The position numbers and the translations under genes were made by a program. A stretch of 64,000 nt of DNA, taken from contig OX597825.1 of assembly GCA_951406725.2 (NCBI GenBank), forward strand, positions 44,578,001-44,642,000, given 5' to 3'. Under the pieces are notes generated by a model, which made no database searches, was not told the DNA's origin, and was given only the letters and a program-made list of their open reading frames with translations. The DNA comes from Octopus vulgaris. Lineage: Eukaryota. Shown here one piece after another: positions 41,028 through 54,092 of the stretch (the stretch's first letter is position 1; each line of letters opens with the position of its first letter).

Positions 41028-41581
41028 AGCCCTGATGCAGTACCAGACAGTGGCTCTCATGGCTTCTGATCTTGACTGATTGGAAGTGTTACCATGTACA
41101 TTGTTTTGTCTTGGTATAAAAGATGGGCTACAGCAAATATTCTGCTCAATACCACAGATTTGCTTGTCAGTTGTTTGACCTTAACCAGTTGAGCATGTCC
41201 CTTAGTGGCTGACGATATGTGCATCTCTGATCACGAGCAGAAGTAGTTGGGGAGCATCATAGCCATGTGTTGAGAAGGATTCTTGGGGTTTGAATAATTC
41301 ACCTCTGGAAACATGGGTGGTTTTTTCAACATCCTTAAACAACCCTTATTCAGGGACCGTTTGAGCGGGATGGGCTACTCAACCTGAAGAAAATTCTAAC
41401 TGGGCCCCACCTGCAAGGTCATGTGCTGTTTATCTTGATATGAGATCACCATGTCGCGCACATATGGTTGTGATGCATGTTCCTGGTGTACTCTTATCAG
41501 ACGGGTAGTCATGATGGGTATATTGAGCTTCGTATATTTTACCCCAGTGTCACTTTGATGGCATGAACTGCTCTCTCACTC
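41028..41581 (+). mobile_element. ~550-bp (AAT)n-flanked repeat, copy 3
   Basis: GCCCTGATGCAGTACCAG...CTCTCTCACTC followed by (AAT)n. Confidence 0.85.
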
Positions 41582-41606
41582 AATAATAATAATAATAATA
41601 ATAATA

Positions 41607-42455
41607 GGACTACAAAAATACCTACTTCAGAAGCAAAGAAAATTTATAAAGATATCCACAAATTACGAACAAAACAACATATATGTTGTAATATATATTA
41701 CAGAACGACAGTAGACCGACATGTCGTGTATGTCAACAACCAAATGAAACCATTGATCATGTTGTCTCCATGTGCGGTCTTATTGTGCCTGCAGAGTATC
41801 TCAACAAGCATGATAGAGCAGCACAGTATATACACTGTGTAATTTGCAAAAACCTGATAAAAAGTGGCAGGAACACAAACCACCTCCAGTACTTGAATAT
41901 GATCACATCTCACTCCTCTTGAACATTACCATTCAAACTGAGAGAAAGATAGATGCGAATAGGCCAGACATTATATCGAAAGACTAGACAAAAATCGTGT
42001 CTCCTCATTGATCTGACTGTCCCAATCGATATAAACTTATTTGTCAAGACCTACCAAAAACTGAGCAAGTATAAAGAACTTGAAATAGAAATTTGCAAAA
42101 TGTGGAACCTCAAGACTAAAACAATACCTGTTGTCATAGGAATGATAGCATAAGGGGCTGATTCCTACCTAGATAAGATACCAGGAAACTCCAAAATGGC
42201 AGAAATTCAAAAGATAGTACTCATGGGAACTGACCATATCCTATATAATATACTGTCTATGTAATCTCAAATGTAAAACAAACTTATAATTTTCATATGC
42301 GTTCTTAAATGTTCTCTTGAACAATACTATGTGCAAAACAAAATATATGACATCCTATGCATAACACCGATTTGAACTTCTAATTGTTCTCTCTTGAGGT
42401 CTCTGGGTGAGACTTGGAGTCAACTTGTACAAATGCAAAGCAAAAGTCAAGCATA
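41607..42455 (+). mobile_element. 3' fragment of an R4/Dong-type LINE (CCHC + RLE)
   Basis: CRVCQQPNETIDHVVS, ANRPDI, CLLIDLTVPID, KLSKYKELEIEI..MW. Confidence 0.85.
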
Positions 42456-42460
42456 TAATA

Positions 42461-42494
<34 letters not shown>

Positions 42495-42519
42495 GGAGGA
42501 GGAGGAGGAGGAGGAGGAG

Positions 42520-45410
42520 GAGTATAATGGCAGAACTGGAGAAATGATTGAATGACAGAATAGGAGGTAGAATAGATCACAAGGGAATTGGAAAAGAAAG
42601 ACCAAGAAGTAAAACAGCCAAGCAAGACAAACCAGGATGAAACAAGATACCGAAGTGCTACAGTGCAAGCTAAAGAGGAGCCTATAAGGAAAAATAATAG
42701 AACTACAATCAGGAAGAGAAAACTGAAACCAGCGATTTAAGTGAGGAAGATCAGAAGATTTTAAATGGGTTGAAGGACATAATGAATAGAGAAGAAATAA
42801 AGAAAGGATTATCAACATTAAAAGGTGTTAATAGAAGAAAATTTTCATATGTAACAAGGAAAGTATATTCTGTTATCAGTAGGATTGATAATAAAATTAT
42901 AGGTGACACTAACTTATTGATTTATGTTAGAGGGGTTAGTAGTTAAAAGTAGTTATTAGCAGACTAGGTATTCCTCAAGGAAAGAAAAGAAGGAGCATAT
43001 GTGGAAAAAAAGATTAGAAAATAAAGTGAAGACTTTAAGACAAGATCTCAATAGAATAAAAGCTTGGAATCAGGAAAAGTTAGGAAACACAAGATTTAGA
43101 TATTCTTTTGAAAAAAAATGCTAAATCAGGGAGAAAGGATTTGGGATAGCCATGGAGGAGTTGAAAGAGCTTATCATAGCAACAGCAAGTAAGCCTTCCA
43201 GATATCACTAAAGTATAGACCAGTATCAACAAAACATTGATTGAGACAGACCAGAGAATATTTTATCGTCAAATACATGGAGTTGAAGAAACTATTCAAA
43301 ATAAGAACCCTAATGCACAAGAAACTAGAAAGTTAAGTTCTGCATTGATAACGGAGATGCAGCATGGTTAAAGAAAGTAAGAGAAGTAACTAATGAATTA
43401 ATGAGTGAAGTTTTAGCAAGAATGTCCAGTTGGAAGGTCCCGGGACATGATTTACTTCAACAGTACTAGTTAAAGAAATTTAGTGACTATACAGGAGACT
43501 GAGAGAACTTCCGGATTGACTGAACGGTGGAGTTGTACCTAATTATATGACTAGATGGAGGACTGTACACGTTATGAAAGACAAAAGCAAGGCCAATATA
43601 GCCAGTAATTATAGACCAATCACTTGCAAAACCTGTTGACAAGAATGCTCTCAGAAAGCATTTATGAGCACTCTTGGCAGCCAGAGTGTGCTGTCAGAAG
43701 AACATAAATGTTGCAGGAAGAAGGCTAGAGGAATGCACAAACTATTATACATAAACAAAGCAGTCCCAAATGAAGTGAAATCTAGAAAGAAAATGTCAAC
43801 AATAGCATGGATAGGTTATAAGAAAGCCTATGACATGATTCCACACACATCGATAAGTGAATGTTTGAGAATCGACAGTATTGCTAAACGACGTAAGAGA
43901 GTTAATTAACTATCGCATAAAGAAATGATAGGTAGATAGAGCCGTAGGGTGAGTTAATATCCAGAGGAATTTTCCAGGAAGTCTTTGTAGTAAGACTAAA
44001 AATGAGCTACATTCCTTAATAGAAGGAACATTCTTCAGCAAAGACATATGTCTGGAATTTGGCACAGATAAGCGTGCAAAATTAGTTATAAACAAGGGAG
44101 AGGTAGTCGGCATTGAAGGTATTCAATCACCAGATGGCTAGAAATTAAGATCACTGAAAGGACAAAGGTATAAATGTCTAGGAATATTAGAATCTGACAG
44201 AGAATTAACTATAGTAATGAAAGCAAAAACTGAGAAGTACATTAGAAGGCTGTGGAAGTTAATGAAGTTGAACCTAAATTGTCCAAACCTACTGAAAACT
44301 GTAAATACTTAGGCAGTATCGTTACTTAGATATACAGCAGCTTTTGTACATTGAAGAAAATCTGAATTAGCAAATCTAGACAGAAGAACTAGGAAAGAAT
44401 TCATCCAAGAGCAGGTGTATCAAGATTGTACTTACGTAGAAAGGGAGACAGTAGAGTATTTATAGCAGTAAAAGACTGTGTGGAGTTAACTAGAGTATAC
44501 ATAGCTTCCTATGTAGGTGATAGTAACGACATTTTCGTAAGAGCCGTTAGAGTAACAGTAGAAGATTGGGAAACCAAAAAGACAAATGAAGTTAAAAATC
44601 AGAAAATAGAAGCAAGATTATTTGACTGGTAAGAGAAGGCTCTTCATGGTAGATTTCGAATGTTAGTGGTATAAAATAGTGATCGTGTGACATGGTTGTG
44701 GTTTCAGAAAAGAAGGTTCAAAATAGAGACAGAAAATTTGTTAGTAGCAGCATTGAGGACTAATTGGATACAAGCATTGAGAACTAATTGGCTACAAGCC
44801 AAGATAGATAAAAATCAGGTAGATTCCCAATGTAGTTTATGTAAATCAAAGAAGAGTGTTACTCATAGTTACTGAATATAGTACGGTGGTAAGAAAAGAA
44901 TACAAGACATGAAAATTTAGGAAGAGTGATCCACTGGAAGTTGTATGGAAAGCTAGGATTTTACCATATAAATAAGTGCTAAGGACAAGAAAGTAAGAAA
45001 TATTGTCGGATTTTAACATTCAGACTGACAGAATAGAAGCTAGAAGGTCAGATATAATAGTAGTAGACAAAGAGAATAGTATGTGACAGTAATTGACTTT
45101 GAAGAGAAAGTCAATATGAGAGGCATAAAGAAAGTAGGAAAATATCAAGATCCAACCCTTGATTTACAGAGGCTATGGAACATCGCGTAAAATGTACCCT
45201 TGGAGTTATAAGTGCACTAGGAACTCTCTCTAAAGATTTGAACAGGTAGACAGACGAAATGGGTAAAAAAAAACCTAGTTTAGTGCAGCTCCAGAAAACT
45301 ATTTTACTAGGGATAACTAGGATACTTAAAGAGGTTCTTGGCATCTAAGATTATCGTTTGGAATTTTTTCCTATAGTCTCATCATTTGTGTGTGAATAAA
45401 ATAGTTGGCA
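42520..45410 (+). mobile_element. Degenerate R4/Dong-type LINE (RT to RLE)
   Basis: WKVPGHD, SNYRPITC, AWIGYKKAYDMIPH, MEFGxDK, QALRTNW..CSLC, LQKTILLGITRILKEVL. Confidence 0.8.
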
Positions 45411-45574
45411 AATAGGAATCCGTCTGTTTCAGATCCTGATACTGCATCTGAAGAGTTTTGTGCCAGGTGCAGGTGGTGGTGCAGTGTCTGCTGTGTCTAC
45501 ACAGGCCCACACGGGGGTGGCAGTTTTGCATGCAGCAACTGCATTTGAAGAAGCTTTATGCCGGCGATACTGAC

Positions 45575-45810
45575 TTTTGCGAGCTGGCAGAAACGTTAGC
45601 ACGCCGGGCGAAATGCGTAGCCGTATTTCGTCTGCCGTTAGGTTCTGAGTTCAAATTCCGCCGAGGTCGACTTTGCCGTTCATCCTTTCGGAGTCGATTA
45701 AATAAGTACCAGTTACGCACTGGGGTCGATATAATCGACTTAATCTGTTTGTCTGTCATTGTTTGTCCTCTCTGTGTTTAGCCCCTTGTGGGTAGTAAAG
45801 AAATAGATAC
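45575..45810 (+). mobile_element. tRNA-derived SINE with a Nin/Deu-like central domain
   Basis: A-box-like GCTGGCAGAAACG, B-box GAGTTCAAATTCC, and GTCGACTTTGCCGTTCATCCTTTCGGAGTCGATTAAATAAGTACCAG. Confidence 0.7.
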
Positions 45811-45937
45811 TGACTTTTTTCTTTTTTCGAGCGAGCAAGTTCCAGTTTCTTTTCCTATCACTCATCCCCTTTCATTGAACTCGTTTTCAGCGTGGACGAT
45901 CACTTGCGACATCCAACTATCTCAGGGCGTCAAGATA

Positions 45938-47551
45938 CAGTTGCGGCTAAAATGTTCATAACGGCATTGTTTTCGTCAGAAAAGTAGGTATAATTTTTTA
46001 TCAAAGTTGTTTTATATTCTATAATTTTCACAGACAATAAATACAATATTATTTGTTATTGTCTGAGATTTTGGTGTAATTTGAGAGGATAATACAAAAG
46101 CTATGGATGATTTAGTGATTTACTGCAAAACCCATGGCGGCCAAAATGATCAGAACGGTTGCTTTTACTTCGTGTTTTAGTATATTTAACCGGCGAACTC
46201 TAATGTTTTGAATTTGTTTACGTGACGGTTCGTTTACTAAACATTAGTAAGAATATCTGCAGTGTACTTTGTTAATATAATGCCACTTACTCCGTTACCA
46301 ATTCGTCAGCAGATTATTAAGCTTCGAAAGAAAGATAATTTAAGTATTGGGTCTATTGCAAAGATTGTGAACAAGTCAAAAAGTGTTGTTCACAGAATTC
46401 TTAAAGTCTACGATGATTGTGGTTCGTGTGAAGCAAGAAAGTCTACAGGTAGACCAAGAAAAACGACTAAGAGAGAAGATCGTGCTATGGTAAAGTTGGT
46501 TAAAAGGGACAGATTTAAAACTACTGCTGCTGTTTCTCAGGAAATGAGCATTGCACAGAAGAAAACTTTATCTCGAAAAACTGTGTCTCGTCGTTTCGTT
46601 GAACATGACCTAGAAGCAAGAGCACCTGCAGGGAAGCCACTGATCAGCTCCAAGAATAAAAAGTGTCGTCTTACCTTTGCAACCGAACATGTGTTATGGT
46701 CTCAAGAAAAATGGCAAACGGTGCATTTCAGTGATGAATATAAGTTTGGCTCAGATGGGAAAAGTAGGTGAAAAGTAGGTGAAAAATTGTCGACTAAATG
46801 CCTTAAGACTAGTATTAAATTCGATGGAGGAAGTGTCATGGTTTGGGGGATGATATCTGGAGATGGTGTGGGCCCTTTGGTACGATTACATGGAAAGGTA
46901 AATGCAGGAGTTTATAAACAACTTGTAAAAGATCATGTCTTGCCTGTGCTGAGAAATTCAACTAAGCGACCACCCATATTCATGCAGGACAATGCCCCAT
47001 GTCACAAGGCTAAGGTGGTCATGAACTTCCTCAAGGCTGAAAAGGTTATTGTTATAGATTGGCCTGCTAAAAGCCCAGATCTCAATCCTTTTGAAAATGT
47101 GTGGAATATTCTAGGAGAACGTTCGAAAGCCAGAAATCCTAAAACAACTGAGCAATTATGGAATGCCCTTCAGGAAGAATGGAATAAGATCACCCAGCAA
47201 GAAATTGAAAATTTAATTTCCTCATGCAGTCGAAGATGTCAAAGTGTGATTGAAGCTAAAGGGCTTCACACTAAATATTAAATAATTCCAGTATTCTCTG
47301 TCATTTTTGATTATTTTGTTATTTTTTCAACCGTTCTGATCATTTTAACCGCCATGGGTTTTGCAGTAAATCACTAAATCATCCATAACTTTTGTATTAT
47401 CTACTCAAATTACACCACAATCTCAGACAATAACAAATAATATTGTATTTATTGTCTGTAAAAATTATAGAATATAAAACAACTTTGGTAAAAACTTATA
47501 GTTACTTTTCTGACGAAGACAATGCCGTTCTGAACATTTTGGCCGCAACTG
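45938..47551 (+). mobile_element. Tc1-family DNA transposon with ~220-bp IR/DR-type TIRs and TA TSD
   Basis: TA|CAGTTGCGGC...GCCGCAACTG|TA. An inner repeat GCGGCCAAAATGATCAGAACGG lies at ~46137. Confidence 0.95.
46280..47281 (+). pseudogene. Tc1 DD34E transposase, broken at ~46760-46790
   Basis: GRPRKTT, HFSDE, MVWG, FMQDNAPCH, WPAKSPDLNPFENVW. An 11-bp tandem duplication (GAAAAGTAGGT) marks the break. Confidence 0.92.
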
Positions 47552-48190
47552 TATATTGACTTCAGATTTCTCTTACAGTCGTCTTTGAAACGAAGTTGAG
47601 GTTGTCCTCGTGCTCTTGTTCCCATGCAGGAGGTCTTTTGGCATCCTTCCGTCTGGCTTACAATATACATGACCGAGCCAGCGCAGACGGCGCTGATGGA
47701 ACAGGGTGAATATTCTGGGTATTTTGGTGCGGTCGAGGACTTCGGTGTTGGTGATTCGGTCGGATGCGAATCCAAGATGTGTCTTAGGCTACGAAGGTGG
47801 AAGACGTTGAGACATCACTCCTCTCTGGACAAGAGCCTCCATGTCTCGCTGCCCTATAGTAGTGTATTAAGGACGCACGCCTTACAGAATCAACCTTGAT
47901 GGTTGTGGTCAGTTTTCTTTGTCAGCCTCCCAAATCTGGAGGATGTTCGTCCAACTCTTCTGCTAATCTTAGGGCCCAAGGAGAGGTTATCAGTGATGGT
48001 AGAGCCGAGATAGGTGACTTCATGGACTACCTTCAGCTCGTAGTTGATGATAGTAATTGTGGAGCGCTTGACACTTTGACCCAGTACCTTGGTTTTCTTT
48101 AGCCAAGCCTAAATTCGTGACAGACCCTTGAGGCGTTGCACTTGCTCCTCAGAGTGTGCTGGAGAGAACACTTCAACGTCGTCTCACCGC
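47552..48190 (-). mobile_element. RTE-clade LINE 3' fragment hosting the Tc1 (continues at ~45810-45935)
   Basis: VVHEVTYLGSTI, CVLNTLLYGSETW, RARGQPQLRFKDDCKRNLK; the sequence continues across the Tc1 to ASDRPR. Confidence 0.8.
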
Positions 48191-48879
48191 GGCGGCAAAA
48201 TACGGAAATGAAACAACAACAATAATAATAATGATGATGATGATGATGATGATTATAATCACAAGAACCACAACAGAATTATTAGCAATGAAACTAGTAT
48301 TTGTTCATGTTGATATCAGCTTATTATTAGCATTTTACAGATTGGCATTTGCTGTTTTCTTTCTAGTTTTTCATTACTTTATAGCATAAGGACACTTCTA
48401 GGTTTTCTTGCTGAATGACATTTGAAAATGAGGTACTTAGGAGGTGAGCGCGTTACTTCCGCAATCAATAAAAATCCAAGCTAAATTTGTTACAACGTGT
48501 CAGCCACTTCAGTGGGTAGTGTGATTGGCTAAAACAAAAATATGGAAGATATTGCTCTATGAAATGAAACGGAAAAATTGTTGTATGTGAAAGAAAGTAT
48601 TTGATCACAATAACAATTCTATAAACGGCATGGTATATTTTTTCAAGAAGTCAAAGATTGCGTTATTATAAAACAACGTTACAAAACAAAAATACAACGA
48701 AAAGGTTATATAAGTTGAAACATCAAAGTAACTGCATTAATAGGGTTGATGATGTAGGAACGATATATCTACAACGGAAAAGATAGAAGATTGGTTATCA
48801 TAACAGCTATCCCCACAACATGAATATAGAAATATATACACATACATACACTAACGCAAATGTTGATGTGTGTGTGTGT

Positions 48880-49230
48880 GTGTAATTAATAAGGACAAAA
48901 GCAGTATTAACACCACAGGGCAATCTTGATCTCCAATTTATTCATTTATTGGATTCTTTTCTTCATTTGGTTTTTCGTGAATGAGGGAGTTTGGCAAGGC
49001 TTCCCTCTTTTTAATTTCCTGCCATGATGTTGGTTCATTTGGAACGTTGGGCAGAGGGAGATCAAGTTGTTCTTTTAAAACATTTATCCCCACTCCATCT
49101 AGATCCCCCAGATCTTTTAGCAAGGTGTTGCATTGCCGTGAGCCCTTGAATCACAGACTATTGCAGTACATGTTCTTCACACTAGACAGGACGACTGGAA
49201 CCTTTGGAACAGTGCAGAGATCCCAGCTAT
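48880..49230 (-). mobile_element. 3' fragment of a CR1/L2-group LINE
   Basis: CNTLLKDLGDLDGVGINVLKEQLDLPLPNVPNEP resembles the WNxLP...FKxxLD C-terminus. Confidence 0.5.
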
Positions 49231-49251
49231 CCATATATATATATATGTACG

Positions 49252-49300
<49 letters not shown>

Positions 49301-49562
49301 CAATTAAGGACAACTTCTTAATAAGGAAAACTTAACAAGAAATTATCGGGTAGATAGCGTGAAAGACCTCATAAGAGAAAAAATTTCGAAAATAATTCTT
49401 TCTTATTGAACATATTAATTTATATATAGAGGGCATATATATAGAGGGCATATATATAGAGGGCATATATAGAGGGTAGAAATGACTAATTTTGTCCCTC
49501 TTAGCGTGTGGCATGTATGTATAATAATGCCCTCTATATATAAATATATATATATATATATA

Positions 49563-50510
49563 AATATTAGTTATCGCCATACTAATATGTCATTCTTATA
49601 AAAATAAGAATAAAGCTGTCCGCTTATTAGCTCCATGAGGCCATCGCCTTAAGTTAGCTATTTGATACACAAACTGTATCCATATAACCTTTGAACAAGG
49701 GAGTCAGTCGCTCCACACTACTTGCCGGCAGCTACAGACGCGTTTCGGGGTATTGCCCCTTTTCAATGCAGGGTAGCCAGACCAGTAGGTGTCGCTTCTG
49801 ACAATCTCTGTTCAAAGGTTTTATTTACCTAGCTTCGGTGGAATACATCCACTTGTTTTCAATAATAGAAATATTAAAATTACTAAGTCTCTCTAAAAGA
49901 GAACAACGGCAGCGTTCCCGGAAAATATTAGTGTGGAGCGACTGACCTCCCTTGTTCAAAGGTTATATGGATACAGTTTGTGTATCAAATAGCTAACTTA
50001 AGGCGATGGCCTCATGGAGCTAATAAGCGGACAGCTTTATTCTTATTTTTATAAGAATGCCATATTAGTATGGCGATAACTAATATTTTCCGGGAACGCT
50101 GCCGTTGTTCTCTTTTAGAGAGACTTAGTAATTTTAATATTTCTATTATTGAAAACAAGTGGATGTATTCCACCGAAGCTAGGTAAATAAAACCTTTGAA
50201 CAGAGATTGTCAGAAGCGACACCTACTGGTCTGGCTACGCTGCATTGAAAAGGGGCAATACCCCGAAACGCGTCTGTAGCTGCCGGACAAGTAGTGTGGA
50301 GCGACTGACCTCCCTTGTTCAAAGGTTATATGGATACAGTTTGTGTATCAAATAGCTAACTTAAGGCGATGGCCTCATGGAGCTAATAAGCGGACAGCTT
50401 TATTCTTATTTTTATAAGAATGCCATATTAGTATGGCGATAACTAATATTTTCCGGGAACGCTGCCGTTGTTCTCTTTTAGAGAGACTTAGTAATTTTAA
50501 TATTTCTATT
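49563..50510. repeat. 363-bp-unit repeat: one inverted copy plus ~1.6 tandem copies, between (TA)n tracts
   Basis: GTGTGGAGCGACTGACC at 49931 and 50294. 49563-49930 is a circularly permuted reverse complement of the unit. Confidence 0.95.
50239..50280 (+). ncRNA. Minimal type-I hammerhead ribozyme, U3-A8 variant (second copy 49731-49771, minus strand)
   Basis: GCTGCA-TTGAAAA-GGGG caata CCCC-GAAA-CGCG-TC-TGTAGC. Confidence 0.8.
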
Positions 50511-51090
50511 ATATATATATATATATATATAAAATTTTAATCTTCGGGTTTTTTAAAAATATGCTAGACCACTGGTTTTAATTGATTAATATCAATTTCT
50601 ACCCTTATTTAATTTTAAATTTAAAAAATGTTCTCTAGCCGATAAATTGACTGATGTAGTTTATTAATTGCAGAGTAATTTCCGATCTCATCGCGCCAAA
50701 GTGAAGGCATTCGAAAGTTACACATAAATATAATTTGTGGAACTCTATGCATGCTGGATGTCGGTTGAGCGTTCTGTATTTAGTTCTGGAAATTGTGTTT
50801 TGTAAACGACAGACTATGCTGATGATCTTGCAGATGTTTACGTATCCATATGCGTAAATATTAACAAGTGAAACTAATTAATACATAGGTACTCGTTTTT
50901 TATTTCGTATACTTTCATTTGTCTTGCTTATTTTTACACTTTGGTTTTTTGCTGAATTTTTTCTTGAGAACACTTTCTTCGTGGAAAATGGCAATTTTAA
51001 CGTCTATATCTAGCATACAGGCTGTTCACTTTTAGTGGTCAGTCCTCTAAATTTTGTATATATATATATGTATATATGTGTATGTATGTA

Positions 51091-52355
51091 TTGTGTTGGC
51101 AACTAAGTACCAGTCGTTTTTTAAAAGTTAAATCTTTTAAAAGGTTTACTAAAACAAATAAAAACTAATTAATTAATAATGTATTCACCCTTGTTGTTTA
51201 CAACTTCTTCCCAACGTTCAACACGATTTTCAATACCTCGTTGGTAGAAATCACCCGATTTCGACACGAAAAATTGATCCAACCAAGCTCTCAATACTTT
51301 ATCAGTATTGAACGAAACTCCGTGCATAGCATTTAAAGAGATCGAAAGAGGTGGAAATCCGTTGATGCCAAATCAGGAGAGTACGGCGAGTGTGGCAGCA
51401 CTTCCCAGGTATGCGTTTGAATGCCTTCCTTGGTTATATTGGCGATATGAAGACGGGCGTTGTCGTGCAGCAGAAGAACTCCATGCTGCCGAGATTAGGT
51501 CTTTTCTCTTGAATAGCCGTGTTGAGTCGTTCCATCTGTTGAACATAGAGTTCCGCGTTGACTGTTTGGTTCCGTTCAAGTAATTCGTAATAAATAATCC
51601 CTTCCCAGTCCCATCATACGTACAACATCGTTTTACGCGGACGAAGATCTTGCTTCACGCGCGCTGTAGCTTGTTTACCGGGGCTAAGCCATTCCTTACG
51701 CTGCTTTATATTGATGTACATGCACCATTTTCCGTCGCCAATGACGATTCGGTAAAGAAATCGTTGCTTGTGTCGATGAGTTGAATGGTTACGACCAAGC
51801 AAACCAGCGGAGATTGTGGATCGTTGATTTTTGTTGTTGTCACTTAAAGCATGCGGAACCCATGCTCCATGCTTCTGAACCTTTCCCATCGAGTGAAGAT
51901 ACTTCTCTATAACAGTGTGGGAGCATTCCATTTTCTCTGACGTGTCGTTTGACGAGAATTTCGTGCAAAAGTTGCTTTAATTGCTCAACTGAACGGCCAG
52001 AATGAAGTGTGTCTTTGAGATCAAAATTTCCATTTTTGAACTTGGCATACCAATCACGAGCGGTTCTTTCAGCTATGGCACCCTTTCCATACACAGCACT
52101 AATGTCGCGAGCAGCTTTTGCGGCCTTAGAACCTTGATTAAAGGCAAAAAGAAGGTGTCGAAAATGCTCGTTTTTATTAACTTGACATTCCATTATAATG
52201 ATCTGGAAATAAATAAATATTAACTAAAATTAACTAGAAAAAAAATTCCAAAATGACTCAGAAATAGAATTCTCGAAAAAAATAGATTCCAAAATTTAAA
52301 AACGCAATAGATTCTAAAATTTAAAACAAGGGCGGGAACTTAGTTGCCAATCCAA
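51091..52355 (-). mobile_element. Mariner (DD34D) transposon, mellifera-like, degenerate
   Basis: TIRs TTG(T/G)(G/A)TTGGCAACTAAGT with TA flanks. Motifs KNEHFRHLL, GAWVPHAL, IVIGDGKW, LHDNARLH, ASTDFHLF. Confidence 0.92.
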
Positions 52356-52399
52356 TATATTTTTAGATATCTTTACAAACAACACTTGCAAAGTGCTAC

Positions 52400-53135
52400 C
52401 AGTCGAAAGCTCTGCATACTGGAAACCAGCAAGTTTATGGAGTCATCAGGAGAGAATGCACGCCGCTTTGGGCCCTACCTCTCGAGGGAATCATTGCACA
52501 CCTGTCCCCCCTCACTAAATTGAGGCCCCACTTGCGAGATCAACTGGTTATCAGGTTTCGCTCAATATTCTTCTAGCCATTACTCATCGTCTCTTTTAAA
52601 CCAAACTCAGTGGTTTGTCTTTTCCACTCATAGTGGTATTTGCTTTACGATAACAACAATCGCCTCACAATGTGCTCAACGAATCCTCTACATCCAACTT
52701 CGATTGGAAAATACTTCACTTTCCAACCTGCGTCTTCATATTCCTCCAGAAAGTTTTTATAACGGTCAATCATTCGAGCGCGAGAGGCGTCCATGTTATC
52801 TTCATGAGGAACCGTTAACTCCGCTAGATTAACTACATTTTTTCATACCATATTATGATATCCGGTTTCTTCCCATCGGGATGTGAAAAAATCTCTGGTA
52901 AATCTGCAGCCACCTCTCAATAGCTCTCTTCTCTCTGATTCCTTTCTTTTGACGCTGTTACTAACAACAGATCTGCATTGGTTTGACATCATACTTGCAA
53001 GCGGTTTGAACCGATCTGCGCCAAATCCAAGTCCCTTCCGACGATTTTGCGTTGCACCCACCATATCTGGGTGCGTAAGTGAAGACAGAATGTCATCAGT
53101 CTCTGCTTCAGCTTTCCACATACCAAACTAGTGCA
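52400..53135 (-). mobile_element. Second HERO-type LINE fragment (internally deleted 3' end)
   Basis: DMVGATQNRRKGLG, PDIII, ELTVPHED, GWKVKYFPIEVGCRGFV. Confidence 0.8.
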
Positions 53136-53200
53136 GTACGTGGTCCTCACTATAGACAGAACATCAGGGGCCTATGGAACAATGCAGAGGTCATAGCTAT

Positions 53201-53241
<41 letters not shown>

Positions 53242-53386
53242 TATATGGGGAGAATTCACGAAAAAACAAAAGACGAAGACAGGTGGTGTACGAAACAAAC
53301 AGATGTATTGGTATTACGCTGGGGAATTGAAAAAGTCTTTTACGTTTCCAGCCTACGCTCTTCCACAGAAAAAATATATATACATA

Positions 53387-53423
<37 letters not shown>

Positions 53424-53537
53424 CATATCAAAGGGAAATGGAATTTAATTAAAATTAAATACATTCAATTAAAATTTACATTTACAGTGGTCTAACGCGT
53501 AAAAAGTTTTAGTCAAGAAGACTATATATTAGTCATA

Positions 53538-53824
53538 CGATATAGTGTATATTTAAACACATAGAGAATCCACTTATAGGGATTCTAACTCATTAGAAAG
53601 AACAGCTAAGTTCTATAACCACAAAAATTAGGGATAAAATTCGACAGGAATAAATTTGGAAATGAAAAACATTTCCCATCAAGTTTCCTGGACCAATTGG
53701 TTTCTAAGCATCTTTTAGCGAGTCACGGAGAACTTTTTTTGTGGTCATAGAACTTAGCTGTTCTTCTAATGCGTTAGAATCCCTATAAATGGATTCGCTA
53801 TGTGTTTAAATATACACTATATCG
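53538..53824. repeat. ~88-bp inverted repeat (53538-53627 / 53736-53824) in a repeat also present at 28305-28490
   Basis: Near-exact reverse complement arms. Confidence 0.85.
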
Positions 53825-53836
53825 AATATATATAGT

Positions 53837-54092
53837 GGAGGCGCAATGGCCCAGTGGTTAAGGCGTTGCGTGTGTTTATTGAGCGAAAACACCTAAAGCA
53901 GCACAAGGCTCCGCGGGGGAGGGGGCGACCCCTGTTGTACTCTTTCGCCACAACTTTCTCTCACTCTTTTTTCTTGTTTCTTGAGTAACGCTGCGATAGA
54001 CTGGTGTCCCGTCCAGCTGGGGGGGGGGACACATACGCCAGAGAAACCAGGAAACCGGGCCCATGAGCCTGGCTAGGCTTGAAAAGGGCGAG
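53837..54092 (+). mobile_element. tRNA-derived SINE with a V-domain-like core
   Basis: Head GGAGGCGCAATGGCCCAGTGGTTAAGG; core CTGCGATAGACTGGTGTCCCGTCCAG..GAAACCGG..ATGAGCC. Confidence 0.65.

Noticed and set aside
49433-49476. 15-bp minisatellite TATATAGAGGGCATA x3
   Set aside because: A simple local slippage next to (TA)n with no further structure.
53335-53370. GAAGAGCGTAGGCTGGAAACGT hammerhead-like remnant (minus strand)
   Set aside because: Core and stem I cannot be formed.
53837-53870. tRNA gene
   Set aside because: Only an A-box-like SINE head; no cloverleaf.
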